Assembly: GCF_001194135.2 (NCBI RefSeq)
Contig: NC_068994.1
Span: forward strand, 50,519,697-50,583,696
Reading direction: 5' to 3'
Source: Octopus bimaculoides
Lineage: Eukaryota
Length of the DNA stretch: 64,000 nt
Part shown: positions 1-11,930 of the stretch, piece by piece
How positions within the stretch are numbered: position 1 is the stretch's first letter
Layout: each line of letters starts with the position of its first letter
Position numbers and translations under genes: made by a program
The notes under the pieces: model-generated
What the model was told of the DNA's origin: nothing
The model's database searches: none
What the model saw: the letters and a program-made list of their open reading frames with translations, nothing else

Positions 1-1192
1 TGCGATTTTGAAGCTCTGGCTTTTCTTGGAGGTTTTTCCATTCATGAATAGTATTTATGCTATTTAGCTAAGTGTTGGGGTGTGATTTGAGGGAGATCTA
101 TTCCAACTTCAGGCAACTCCATAAAGGCTTCCTCACTGACTGACAATTAACCCTTTTGATTCCAATCCATGCACGACTGCCTTTGGTCCTCTGATACAAA
201 CATCTTGACTTAAAGTGATCTAAATTAAAACCTTCCATCAAAATTTCACGTTGATTTATGTTCCAAATATCAGATTCATTGATNNNNNNNNNNNNNNNNN
301 NNNNNNNNNNNNNNNNNNNNNNNNNNNNNNNNNNNNNNNNNNNNNNNNNNNNNNNNNNNNNNNNNNNNNNNNNNNNNNNNNNNNNNNNNNNNNNNNNNNN
401 NNNNNNNNNNNNNNNNNNNNNNNNNNNNNNNNNNNNNNNNNNNNNNNNNTTCCACCCCAACCCACCCCCATCCCCACCAAAAAAAAAAAAAAGATGTTGG
501 CAAATATTTTTAATTCATATTTTAATTATTACATCAATGGATATGTGTTTTCATTCTCAGCAGTTTGTTATTTTCTTTCACTTCAATCAACAATTAATGA
601 TTAGAAACACAATCACCAAAAAACATTGTGTACCGCAGATATTAAACTACCTTTGTTGTTTTCTTAACCTCTCTCTCTATTCCTAAGAATTCTCTATGCA
701 ACAAGTCAGTGACGGTGGTGTTTTTATTTTATACATTTACAAAACCAACAAACATACCATCTTTCTCGGTTGGTTGGTAGTTATTACATGTTAATTGGCC
801 AATACATGATGATTCAAATACAAAGTCATTGACACTGATAAATTATTTTTAGTTCACAAAAAGTTGTTTGTTGTTTCACTTCCGTGACTGCTGATGATAA
901 GGACAAGGACACGAAAATCTGAAATCCGGCTGCAATATTGACTGTTTTTGATACTTTTCTCAATATTTATTTCTACTTTTTTGACTATCTGCAAAAGGTT
1001 ATTGACTTCAACAAATATTTGTAGTTATTATTATGCTTATAAGATTAACTAAGTAATAAGTGCAATACCCACCAACACATCCATCAGCCAGCGATATGGA
1101 CCACCATTTTCTGAAAAGCTGACTGAGATACACTTCCTTTGTAGTTAAACTATACAGTAGCATAGACACATTCTCAAACTGTCTCTATAAGA

Positions 1193-1228
<36 letters not shown>

Positions 1229-2431
1229 AAAGAGACAATACTTTGCATGGATGTTTTGAGTGACAAGGCAATTTACTTCTAATTTCTCTCAATCTACCCC
1301 CTCTCAGTCACCTACAAACACTTTGAAACGTTTTCCCTGTAATCTTTACTCATGTAACGCAGAAAAAATTTATGCCAGGCTACTTGCACATCCTCTCCAT
1401 ATTTCAGTCCGTTGGTAACTAAAGCCCTTCCCCCTTGTACACAGAAAAATGAACTTCACAAGACCCATCATAAGGCTACCTATCTTGGAGTGAAGTAATT
1501 CTGAATATTAGTTGAAACACAGTAGAGAGAACACTTTAGATCTCACATCAAACAACCTCCCTAGTACTAATAGCACTCTATAAAGTAGTTAAAGAGTGGT
1601 GAGAAAAACCAGCCATAGAAATGTTGGCAAAAACATATTAAACAAATATGTAAACTCCAGAAATCACATAACAGTAAGAATTGCTACAGAAAAGAGTGGA
1701 TTCTTTACATTGTGAAAGCTTTCCTAGTGCTGATGGCACAGTCAAAAGTGTCTGGCATGTACAGTTAGACATGTGCAGCTCCAATGTTGCCTGATTTTTC
1801 ACTATTGCTGTGAGTGCGAGATGACACAGACCATGATGACCTGACCCAACCAACACCAACACGGGAAAATGGATATGAAATGAGGAGAAGGATTGACTAC
1901 TTTATTGGCACAGACCCATGCAGAGTAAACAAGAGTAAACTTCAACATATGAAAACTTATGCCAACCCAAATACACACACACAGACTGTAAAACTTTAAA
2001 AAATGAAAGGTGCAGAATTCAGTAATGTTTTTTCAACCAATTCATGTATATCTTAAAGCACTTTTTATACAAGGAAGACGGTAAGCAGTCTTCTCTCTAA
2101 CAATATAAAGATAACTGCACACATCATGAAAACTGTACATCACCTACTGCTAAATATGAACAACATGCAACTAGATTGCTCCAAAGTTACCACAAATACC
2201 ACGCTTTGTCCTCACTGAGTGTCTCTCCTGGCAAACATACACCTTCAAGGTAACCCAAACTGTTTTAAATGACTAATTTGGAGCCAGAAAATAGTTAAAA
2301 CAACAACAACTAATTCTCTACAAAGCTCAGGCAAAATTGACAATGGAGTATTACTCTCTTCTCTTGGATGGTGCTGCTGTTATCACAGCACAGACATCCT
2401 AGGCTACATTTTACTGAATACCATGAGATTA

Positions 2432-2592
2432 CCATATTTTAACATGTATAAGGAACCTTCTTTTGTCAAAAATTAGGTTAAAAAATATGGGAGTTTCTTA
2501 TACATGGATAGTATTATGATCCCTTACAAAACCTTTTTTCCAAATTTTAAGCCCTCAAAATTAGGGGGTTCCTTATACACGTTAAAATATGG
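2432..2592. mobile_element. Tc1/mariner-superfamily (Tc2/pogo-like) MITE
   Basis: 26-bp terminal inverted repeats CCATATTTTAACATGTATAAGGAACC / GGTTCCTTATACACGTTAAAATATGG (25/26 match). TA on both sides (2430-2431, 2593-2594). No coding capacity. Confidence 0.8.
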
Positions 2593-4636
2593 TACTCACC
2601 AATACTACTCTTCAAACATTACATATTGCTAAGTTGAAGAACAATACTCAAATAATATATGTATATGCTTTTAAGGCTGTTTTCCTGGGAAATTCCAACC
2701 CAGATTCAATAAAACTAAATGAAATACAAGCCTTTCTTTACTCCCTACAATGTAGGTTCCGTCCACATAGAAAAAATGATATTTCTTCACCTGAGCAGAT
2801 TTTTCTTATATCTAGTTTCTCTCTCTATTTGTGCTCTGCCATTCATGCACACTAACATTACACATCCAGTGAAGCATGCACACTCAGGTCAACATTGCTT
2901 TACACCCTTCTGAGGCTGATAAAATATGTGCCAGACAAAGAATTATAAATGGAGGAGGGATTGGGAGAAAAAAGTGACTTCAATTCCTAAAAGTTGGTGC
3001 CACAAAATGGTTGGAGTTCAACAATTGCAACCAGGGGAAGAATAAAACAATGAAATATAAAGACCCCAAAAAGGATTATGTCGACGCTGGAAGCACTTGA
3101 GATTTTTCATATGTTGTGAGAGAGAGAGAGAGAAAGAAAGAGGGAGAGATAAGGAGAGAGAATGAAGGTGTGCATAAATGCAAAACTTGCCAGAATTTTT
3201 TTTAAATATTACTAATTCTAATTTACTGGAGTTTGTTAAATTAATATTTACAAATTAACAGCGTTTAAATAATAAAAATAAAACAAATTAAGATAGAATA
3301 CATGGAATGGAATTACAGTTTTAGGTTTTGCGGTGTGTGTATGAGCAAATGTATATATATATATATTTTATTAGGATAAATGGAAAAAATTCCTCTACTA
3401 AATTAATTTGTTGCTGGTATAGCAATATTATGATTTTTCTTTCACTTTTTAAATTTTCCTTTTCTCACTTCTTTCTTAAAGGGAGAAAATTTACCTGAAG
3501 GCGGCTGGCCATGTTCATTGATAAATCACATCTTTTTAAGGTTTTGGAATAATTAATTTTTCTTTCTTGTTTAGTTTTCTTTTATAAACCCTTTCACGAT
3601 CACATTTCTAATGAAATACACTTCCTGTGTGTTTCAATTAATTTTGAAGGATTTAGTGAAATAATTAACCATTTTCAATATAAAGTTGTTTCTAAGAACA
3701 TAATAATAATGATCTGGTATAAATATATAAAATGAGTCTAAACTTATATATAAAATAACAAGTTTTGTTTATTAAAGCCAGAGAGAGGCATATCAGACAT
3801 GTTGCTATCAAAAAGATGCAACAATATTTTTACTAACAATATGGTCTTAAGTTCTGGTATTTATTTACTAACAATAAATCACGGGGCAGCAATGCAAAAT
3901 AGCTCTGTCGTTATTATTTGTATTTATCAACATTTCCTTATATGTTGTGTTATATTTTGAATAATGATGCAACATGTTCACACTGTTGCCAGTTGGTACA
4001 CCCACCTCCATCAGTCTCATCTGACAGCCAATACTACTTCTCTCATAGCAGACAACTACAATAAGAGCACCGCTAGCTTGAACATAATGAAAAATAGTTG
4101 TAACCCTTCTGGAATAAAAGAAAACTAACTTACCAACTATCACCATCTCCTACAATCACAAAGGTAGCCCCAATTACCAGTTAAGTACCTACAGACTACT
4201 CCCACTTGTACACTAACCTATTTCCTATAGTCACACTGAACACATTGTTGCTCAAGAGAGAAGTCGTTCCGCTGCTTCTTGGATAAGTATTCTAGATGGT
4301 AAAATCCTCCACTCCCTTTCTCCCTCCATTTAACCATATCAGAAACGGATCCTAGAAGATACAGATGCAGTGCACGTTACCCAATCATCAAGGGATGGAG
4401 CAACGTTCCTGTCACATGGTGAATCACGATACGCTCAACAAAAAAGAAAAAGCAAAAAAACCTGAAAGAAAAAGATGGGGGGGGGGCAAAAGGTAGTCTG
4501 AATGTAAGAATTTTACCAATGGTCTCTGATGAGAGAATCTGAAATACAAACTATTCTGTATTGCAAAGCGTTGTGTCAGTGGAAATTGGGTACACTTGCC
4601 CTAAAAGAAGGACACCATGCTCTATATACAGGTGCA

Positions 4637-4790
4637 GGCGTGGCTGTGTGGTAAGAAACTTCCTTCCCAACTATATGGTCCTGGGTTCAGTCCCACTGCA
4701 TGGCACCTTGGGCAAGTGTCTTCTTCTATAGCCTCAGGCTGACCAGCCTTGTGATTGGAATTGGTAGACGGAAACTGGGGGAAACCCGTC

Positions 4791-4825
<35 letters not shown>

Positions 4826-5015
4826 TTAGTGTTTACCCACCACGACCACTTGACAACCGGTGACAGTGTGTTTACATCCCCATAACTTAGCGGTTCGGCA
4901 AAATAGACCGATACAACAAGTACTAAGCTTACAAAGAATAAGTCCTGGGGTCGACTTGTTTGACTAAAGGCGGTGCAACAGCATAGCTGCAGTCAAATGA
5001 CTGAAACAAGTAAGA
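4637..5015 (+). mobile_element. tRNA-derived SINE, family A (CORE-like middle), near full length
   Basis: A-box-like TGGCTGTGTGG, B-box-like GGTTCAGTCCC, CORE-like CCTTGGGCAAGT, internal (GTAT)n and tail CAGTCAAATGACTGAAACAAG. Many similar copies in the window. Confidence 0.85.
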
Positions 5016-5029
5016 GAACAGGAACATTG

Positions 5030-5560
5030 TACTGTGTATGAAATGTAAAGTGTGGGGAATCAAGAGACGCCATTAGATCACAGGTTGGTCGACAGAAGAA
5101 TTAAAGGAACTTATGTGAGGCAGATGCACAAGAATAGTCAGCAGCAGGAGCATCTATGAAATAAACTCTTAGCTTTTATTACCTAGGTGATTTAATTAGC
5201 AGTGGAAGAGGATTATCCACGATCGCAGTAGCTAGAGTTTCAACTGAGAGACAAAGATCAGAGAGGGGCAAGAATAGAGTTCTCTCATCAGGCAAAAGCC
5301 AGATTCTACGATACTTATGTAGAACACAGAATGTTGCGTGGTAGTGTGAATGCAGTGGATGTTACAAGGCTGGACAGAAATAAAACAAGCATGATCCATA
5401 GGATGTGTAATGTTAATCATGGATTAAACAACAGAGAAGAAAAGAGCAGAGAAAACGACTGCATGAAAAGGACTCGGATGTAGCTTGCAAAGAGAGAGAG
5501 AAGACTGCACTGATAATGTTCATGATACATATGTAGTGTGACAGTTGGTTAAAACAGTAA
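5030..5560 (+). pseudogene. Degraded RTE-clade LINE ORF2, C-terminal fragment
   Basis: Manual translation gives SFYYLGDLISSGRG (from 5171), FYDTYVEHRML and DVTRLDRNKTSMIHRMCNV. These match the post-RT region of RTE LINEs; stops and frameshifts are present. Confidence 0.7.
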
Positions 5561-6693
5561 CAATCAATCCAAGTAGAAGGAAGTCACAGAAGAGAAAGAA
5601 CAAAGAAAGCCAGAGAAGAATCAATGAAAGATGCTTTTAAGAAACACTAAACCTCATGAAAGGGATGACAAAGGATTGTAACAACTGCTAAGATGCTGTG
5701 CTAGAGAAATCATATCCACCTCTTTGCAGGCATTGAAACACAGACCTAAGATAGTGCTGGTGGTGTGGTAATTCAGGAAAGATGAAAGGATAATTCCTGG
5801 AAGGACCTGAATTCTCAAATATCAACAGGCAATATAGAAACGGTTAGCAATAAATTAGATACAATAAAACGTCAACTAGTCAGAAGTTCTATGGGTTTGG
5901 GGGGGATTCTTTATAAAATTATTCCATGTCTTTTGTGAACAATAATGTCATGGGTTATAAAGTTCCAACAGGCCAACTACTGGTTCACTACATTTATGCC
6001 ATGTCAAAAATGCCTTATAACTCATACATATGTGTGCGTGTGCAGTTGCAGAAGATAAAAAACATTTAAAGATGTTTGTGTGCAAGTGTATATATACATG
6101 CTCTCAACTTATTTTCACACACACAACACCATCCTAGGAGGGCCTGGGGTGGTCATGAGTACAGCCATTCTCCACCCACAAATAAGCCATTAAAAAATAT
6201 TTGCATTAAAAAAAAAAACAATTTGTTCTTGGTCTGTTTATGATGAGTTTCCCCAGTATGTATGTATGTATAAAACACACACAAACAAACATGCATACAC
6301 ACACGTATCTATAGAGCATTTATAAAGATCCTAGAGTATGAATGAAAGAGTGTGCATCAAAATTAGAAGCATGCATCATTCTACCACATCAATGCAGAAT
6401 TTTTTATGCTCTGGATTTCAAGACCAGATTAAAAACAAAACAGAAAAACAACAGGAGAGAGTGAAAACAGACATATCAAACCCACTCAACAATGGTAATA
6501 ATAATAACTAGAATGATCTAAGCAAGCTGAATTAGTTGATAAATGAGAAGAGCTAGAAGAGGGAGTAAGGAGAAAAACAAATTCAATCAAGCTATCAACT
6601 ATGTCCCCCACCAACCCACCTCTTCTTTCTACTAGTAAGCTACCATTGGTCAGTTTTAGAAAAATTCTGTTATTTGTAGGTAAACCTTCTTAC

Positions 6694-6733
6694 CTGGCTT
6701 GTCAAAACGAGCTCGTTTATTGCCGGGATCCAT
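6694..6733 (-). CDS. Putative first coding segment of an unidentified intron-containing gene (MDPGNKRARFDKP + phase-1 G)
   Basis: ATG at 6733-6731 followed by 13 open codons including a basic KRAR motif, then a strong donor CAG|GTAAGA at 6694/6693. Locally GC/CpG-richer than the flanks. Protein family not recognised. Confidence 0.55.
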
Positions 6734-6992
6734 GTGCAGCAGCTTTGTTCAGGTGTGGAGGGGGCCTTGTCGCTCGCTCCAGCACCACACCACACCACCT
6801 CCAAAATATATAGTCCACCGCAGTCTTCACTTAAATCCACTCCAAGGATGCAAGACACCCTCAATAAATGATCGACCAGATTGGCTTATATGTTCAAAAT
6901 TGATCAGGTGAATTCTTTTTCTCAGGTGATTAGTTCTTCCTTGGGTTTTTATTATTATTTTCTTCTTTTGACTTAAACAGATCTTTAAAATT
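6734..6992 (-). other. Putative 5'UTR part of the same exon
   Basis: Strong acceptor TTCTCTCTTTATTTCTCTTGTCGTTACAG| at 6993/6992. All three frames contain stops before the ATG. Confidence 0.5.
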
Positions 6993-7145
6993 CTGTAACG
7001 ACAAGAGAAATAAAGAGAGAAGAATATTAGCTTCAGAATTTTTAATTTTTTTATTTTAGAACAACATTTAATAAAAAGGGGGGAAAAAACTTTTACAAAT
7101 AGTAGCAACAAAAAATATATATACAAACATACATACACAAGCACA

Positions 7146-7338
7146 GGAGTGGCTGTGTGGTAAGTAGTTTGCTTACCAACTACATGGTTTCGGGTTCAGT
7201 CCCACTGCATGGCACCTTGGGCAAGTGTCTTCTACTATAGCCTCGGGCAGACCAAAGCCTTGTGAGTGGATTTGGTAGACGGAAACTGAAAGAAGCCTAT
7301 CATATACATAATGTTTGTGTGTCTGTGTTTGTCCTCCC
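7146..7338 (+). mobile_element. SINE family A, 5' half
   Basis: GGAGTGGCTGTGTGGTAAG...GGTTCAGTCCC...CCTTGGGCAAGT...GGAAACTGAAAGAAG, matching the 4637 copy. Confidence 0.85.
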
Positions 7339-8071
7339 AAGTCTGCAATGCCTTTACTCTATTCAGGATCAATCAAGAAAATATCTAAGATTAATGTAAT
7401 TGAAAGCAGGATCACAGCATAAAAATACTCCAATGGCAGAAGCCGGAAATAGAATAAATGCACTAAAACTCAACATATGCATCAGTTTGTTTCTTTATTT
7501 TGGAGTGAAGTTGTCCATTTTGTTTTAAGTACACACACGCATGGATTCGGGTAGATCTAATTTTGTTCTTAACTGCCATTACTTTGGTTTGTCTTACATA
7601 TTAAAAAAACTCTTACTCTCTGCAAACTTTTTTTTTTTTTTTTACTGAATTATGAAAAAGAAAATCCAGTCGATAATTTTATTTGAATATATATTTATCT
7701 TATAAATCCAAGAATGAGAAAGAAAACAAAAAAAATCCATGGTCAAATCAATTCAATAAATTAAACTGAATTCTATAATACAAATTAAGTTTTCTAAAAT
7801 AGCTTTATTGAAGAAAAGAAAATTGAAAAAACAAACTTCCATTGGTTGGACGTAGATAGTTTTGAATCTAAAAATTCAACACACACACACACACAAAAGC
7901 ACTGACAAAATTGAAATTAAAAACTGAGGGAATATAAACTGTAAAAATCGAAAAAGGACTTCGGAACTTTTCAAAAAGTAAGATTGAGAAAACAGTCAGT
8001 ATCTAAATTTAAATGTGTATACCCAATTTCAACGCAACACTCACTAAAGTTCATAAAATATTGTTTCTGTC

Positions 8072-8192
8072 TTCCAAATCCACTCAGAAGGCTTTGGTTG
8101 GTTGGCTTGGGGTTATAATAGAAGACAGATGCCTAAGGTGCCATAACTGAACTCAGAACCATGTGGTTGGAAGCAAACTTCTTACTACACAC
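8072..8192 (-). mobile_element. SINE family A, diverged partial copy
   Basis: Reverse-complement similarity to the family A head and core (CCAAATCCACTCA...AAGGTGCCA...AACCATGTGGTTGGAAGCAAAC). Confidence 0.7.
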
Positions 8193-8287
8193 TATCGACA
8201 GGTCACAATGAACTGCATGTGAACTTACACATTAGAGTTAAGAAAATCGATCAAGGTGACCAGGAAATGCTCCAACAAAATGCCAAC

Positions 8288-8289
<2 letters not shown>

Positions 8290-8366
<77 letters not shown>

Positions 8367-8378
8367 GAAAGAGAGAGA
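8290..8378. repeat. (GA)n/(GAAA) microsatellite
   Basis: Read directly from the sequence. Confidence 0.95.
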
Positions 8379-10120
8379 CAAAAAAAAATATTTGTTTCAA
8401 GGAATCTGAAATCTAAAAGAAGTTGGGAAATAGGGGGATTTTACAACTAAAGCCTTGTTTTAAATATATATTTCAAAAGTTCTTTCTACTTTTAAGAGGG
8501 ACAGGGTTACTATCTAGCATTTCTTCTTAAGTAAAAAATATCCAAATTATTTCTAATGGCACAAATTTTTCAATTTGGTGTTTGGAATTAAATATTTCAC
8601 TAAAAATGTGTTATATCATCTACCATCAGACAGCTAAATAAGAAAACTGATAGCCAAACATCTTGCTTGAATTTTATAACTTTCTTGTTGATATATATAT
8701 TAAAAATGTAGATATTATTGTAAACAAATTTTATTTATTTTCTATCCACCAAGTCTGATATTTTTTTTAGCACGTAAGGAAAAATGAGAAAATGCCAAGA
8801 AAAACTAAATATTACAAATAAGTTACCTCCCCTGAATAATTTAAATGCAGCTCACAAACGTTCAGTTGGTTACTACTTGATTATCAGAAAAAGGCTTTTC
8901 TCTACGTATCTGAAAGATTACCTTTAATAAACGTGAAACTTTCAAGGAAGATTTCTTGAAAAGCAAAGAAATATACAACCCACCCCAACACAAAAAATTA
9001 TTATTATCATTATTATTGATTGTTACTAAGAATGATAATTAATCAAAGAGAGAATTTTGGATGCTTTCAAATGATAAAAGTTACAAAATCAAAAATATAA
9101 AAAGACAAAGACACTAAGTTTAAATCAAATTCATTACATCAAAGAATCAAAGAGGTAAAAGAAGAAAAAACCTAATTAAGCAACGGATGGAATGATCAAA
9201 TTTCACACTGTATTCTAAATAACAAACAATTTTTAAAACTTAGTTAATTAGAAAGCAATTTGCTGCCTTTGGTTTTGAAAAATGACGCAAAACATCAACA
9301 ATTGCTGAATTTCTGAAGAATAGTAGCAATATGGTATTTATTTTAATTTTGAGATGATTCCATAGTGATTGTCATTAATCTTTGAAGATATTCACGGAAA
9401 CGTAAGAAAATGTTTTCGCACACATCGAGTAATTAGCGAAACCAGCTTCCCTGTGCTAAACAAAACTTTAAGGGTAAATGGAAGGCAGGGGGGAAATCTG
9501 TGCAAGCTTTTCTAATAGGTTTTCAAAATATTCAAAGAACAGCTATTCTTTTAATATTTATTCTTATAAAACAACATACAATAATCTTCAACAAGAATTT
9601 GTTGCATTAATCTCTCTGAAATTAAAAATACAATGCAGGCAAAGTTTCGTAATATTTAACAATATCATGATTAAAATTCAACAAATTAAGCTTCAGTTTC
9701 CATGTATTTGTTTTATTTATTCATTCATTTATTTTTTTCCCTCCAAATTCCATTTACTTTAAATATTAACGAAACTAAAAAGGGAATGAAGAGACACAGT
9801 GGACAAAAACAAAAATATTTCCATATCGATTTAGACACTTTGAGAGAAATAGCAGAGAAGAAATAATCTTTTAAATGAATGCATGAACTAGTCAGAAACA
9901 AACAGAAGATAAACAAACAAACACAACTCAAATTAAAACCCAAAACAACCTATTAACTACACGAAATTCCTATAAGAATTGGATGAGATATGACAGCTCG
10001 GCCGTCTCTCCCCAGTTCTTATATTAATCATTAAAATCCAGAAATACAACAACACGAGGAATAACGGTAACAACAGACCAATACTTTATTCTAGGTTGGT
10101 GTAGAGGCGTTTCGTTCCTG

Positions 10121-10372
10121 GGTGAACAGGCTTGCCGCTAGAATACCAAAGAAGCTTCGACCACATGGAGGAACGTCCTGTCACGACGTTTGCTGGATGC
10201 ATAAGAGATACGTGTTGTCGCCACCACTGCTAGAGAGAAAAGAGAGCGAACGCTATTGGTTTTTCTCCACCTGTTGCATTGCGCATGCATGCTCGGGTAC
10301 TTCCGCTGGCGGCAAATCCCTTGCACATGCGCAATGGCACTTCCCAAGATGGGGGCCACACGCGCCACTACA
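10121..10372 (-). repeat. 3' LTR, part shared with the 5' copy
   Basis: 252 bp aligning to 11931-12206 with about 11 substitutions and one 24-bp indel (hand alignment). Confidence 0.85.
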
Positions 10373-10375
10373 ATG

Positions 10376-10388
10376 TCTCCCCCCACTC
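10376..10388 (-). promoter_or_regulatory. Polypurine tract (PPT) of the LTR element
   Basis: GAGTGGGGGGAGA on the minus strand, 3 nt upstream of the TG that starts the 3' LTR. Confidence 0.75.
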
Positions 10389-10894
10389 CGAGTGCATAGC
10401 ACGAAACAAGGAAAGTGTAGAGAGCGAGGAAACAAGATGGCCGCCGAACCCAGAAAACATGGCTAAAATTATACAATGAAAAAACAAAAATTGTTTTGTT
10501 AAAACAAAGAATGACAAGCTCAATAAATTTGCAAAGCAATGCTNNNNNNNNNNAACAAAAATTGTTTTGTTAAAACAAAGAATGACAAGCTCAATAAATT
10601 TGCAAAGCAATGCTGTGTCGGATGCAATAATGGAAGCAAAACTTTTGCATCCGACACGATGTGAGTAAGAAAAGAAGTTCTGTTCAACATGAAAAGTTCA
10701 GCCAGACCTAGAGATAAAGGGTTTGTGCGAAAAAAAGTTGCAACGAAGGTGTTGGCGTGAGAAAATGTGTATGCAAAGGTTGAAACAATATGTAATGTGT
10801 ACATATTTTCTTTTAGCACGTTACTGTGCACAGAAATGAAAGAAAAACAATGTTTGTTTGTACAGAGAAATGAAATGCCGGCGGCACAAAAATG

Positions 10895-11085
10895 TCAAAT
10901 GTATATTGTTTTGGAAAGTTTCTTTGGCCAATGCACTGTCCGGCCAGATCTAGTGACATAAGGGTCACTTGAGTTTTGTCGCAACGACGAAGGTGGAGTG
11001 GTTTCTGGTGTGTGTGTGTTTGTGATGGTATTGATGTTGGTGTATGCATTGGTAAAGATGTTGACAGTGGTGTGTGCGGTGTTCG
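10895..11085 (-). pseudogene. C-terminal tail of Gypsy pol (integrase)
   Basis: Reads ...TPETTPPSSLRQNSSDPYVTRSGRTVHWPKKLSKTIYI*. The TRSGRxVxxPxxL motif is typical of Gypsy/BEL integrase C-termini. The upstream part lies in the gap. Confidence 0.7.
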
Positions 11086-11930
11086 NNNNNNNNNNNNNNN
11101 NNNNNNNNNNNNNNNNNNNNNNNNNNNNNNNNNNNNNNNNNNNNNNNNNNNNNNNNNNNNNNNNNNNNNNNNNNNNNNNNNNNNNNNNNNNNNNNNNNNN
11201 NNNNNNNNNNNNNNNNNNNNNNNNNNNNNNNNNNNNNNNNNNNNNNNNNNNNNNNNNNNNNNNNNNNNNNNNNNNNNNNNNNNNNNNNNNNNNNNNNNNN
11301 NNNNNNNNNNNNNNNNNNNNNNNNNNNNNNNNNNNNNNNNNNNNNNNNNNNNNNNNNNNNNNNNNNNNNNNNNNNNNNNNNNNNNNNNNNNNNNNNNNNN
11401 NNNNNNNNNNNNNNNNNNNNNNNNNNNNNNNNNNNNNNNNNNNNNNNNNNNNNNNNNNNNNNNNNNNNNNNNNNNNNNNNNNNNNNNNNNNNNNNNNNNN
11501 NNNNNNNNNNNNNNNNNNNNNNNNNNNNNNNNNNNNNNNNNNNNNNNNNNNNNNNNNNNNNNNNNNNNNNNNNNNNNNNNNNNNNNNNNNNNNNNNNNNN
11601 NNNNNNNNNNNNNNNNNNNNNNNNNNNNNNNNNNNNNNNNNNNNNNNATATAAACACAATAATAGGCAGGCCGTCATGTAAACAAAGTGTATGTGTATAC
11701 AAACATGGATGCATGTGTGTGCAAGTAATACAGAGCATAGAAAAGAGTCTATAAGGGCGTTAGAAGAAAGTCCAGACACAAGGGTAGTAAATACCAGTTC
11801 GTAGTTAGGGTACACAGTAGATTGAAAGTCTGTATATAAGAGGTTGAGGCGTGGAGGCAGAGCTAAGTCACATGTCGTGAAGTTGAGGCTTCTATGCCGA
11901 TGCCGGTTACTTGATACAGAAGTTCTCGCA

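Noticed and set aside
806-838. C-box ATGATGA and D-box CTGA (box C/D snoRNA?)
   Set aside because: Only 22 nt separate the boxes, which is too short, and there is no clear terminal stem.
856-929. Minus-strand frame RISDFRVLVLIISSHGS, superficially like a caspase 'LSHG' strand
   Set aside because: A single short motif with no QACRG partner and no convincing donor; compatible with chance.
1814-1999. ORF containing RRIDYFIG (LINE endonuclease-like 'IDY')
   Set aside because: No other endonuclease motifs are recognisable.
8219-8450. ER-rich ORFs, and likewise the poly-V, CV and LS ORFs at 22675, 39917, 50562 and 12893
   Set aside because: These are translations of microsatellites.
10483-10613. 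60-bp direct repeat around a 10-N gap
   Set aside because: Typical unmerged contig overlap, an assembly artefact.
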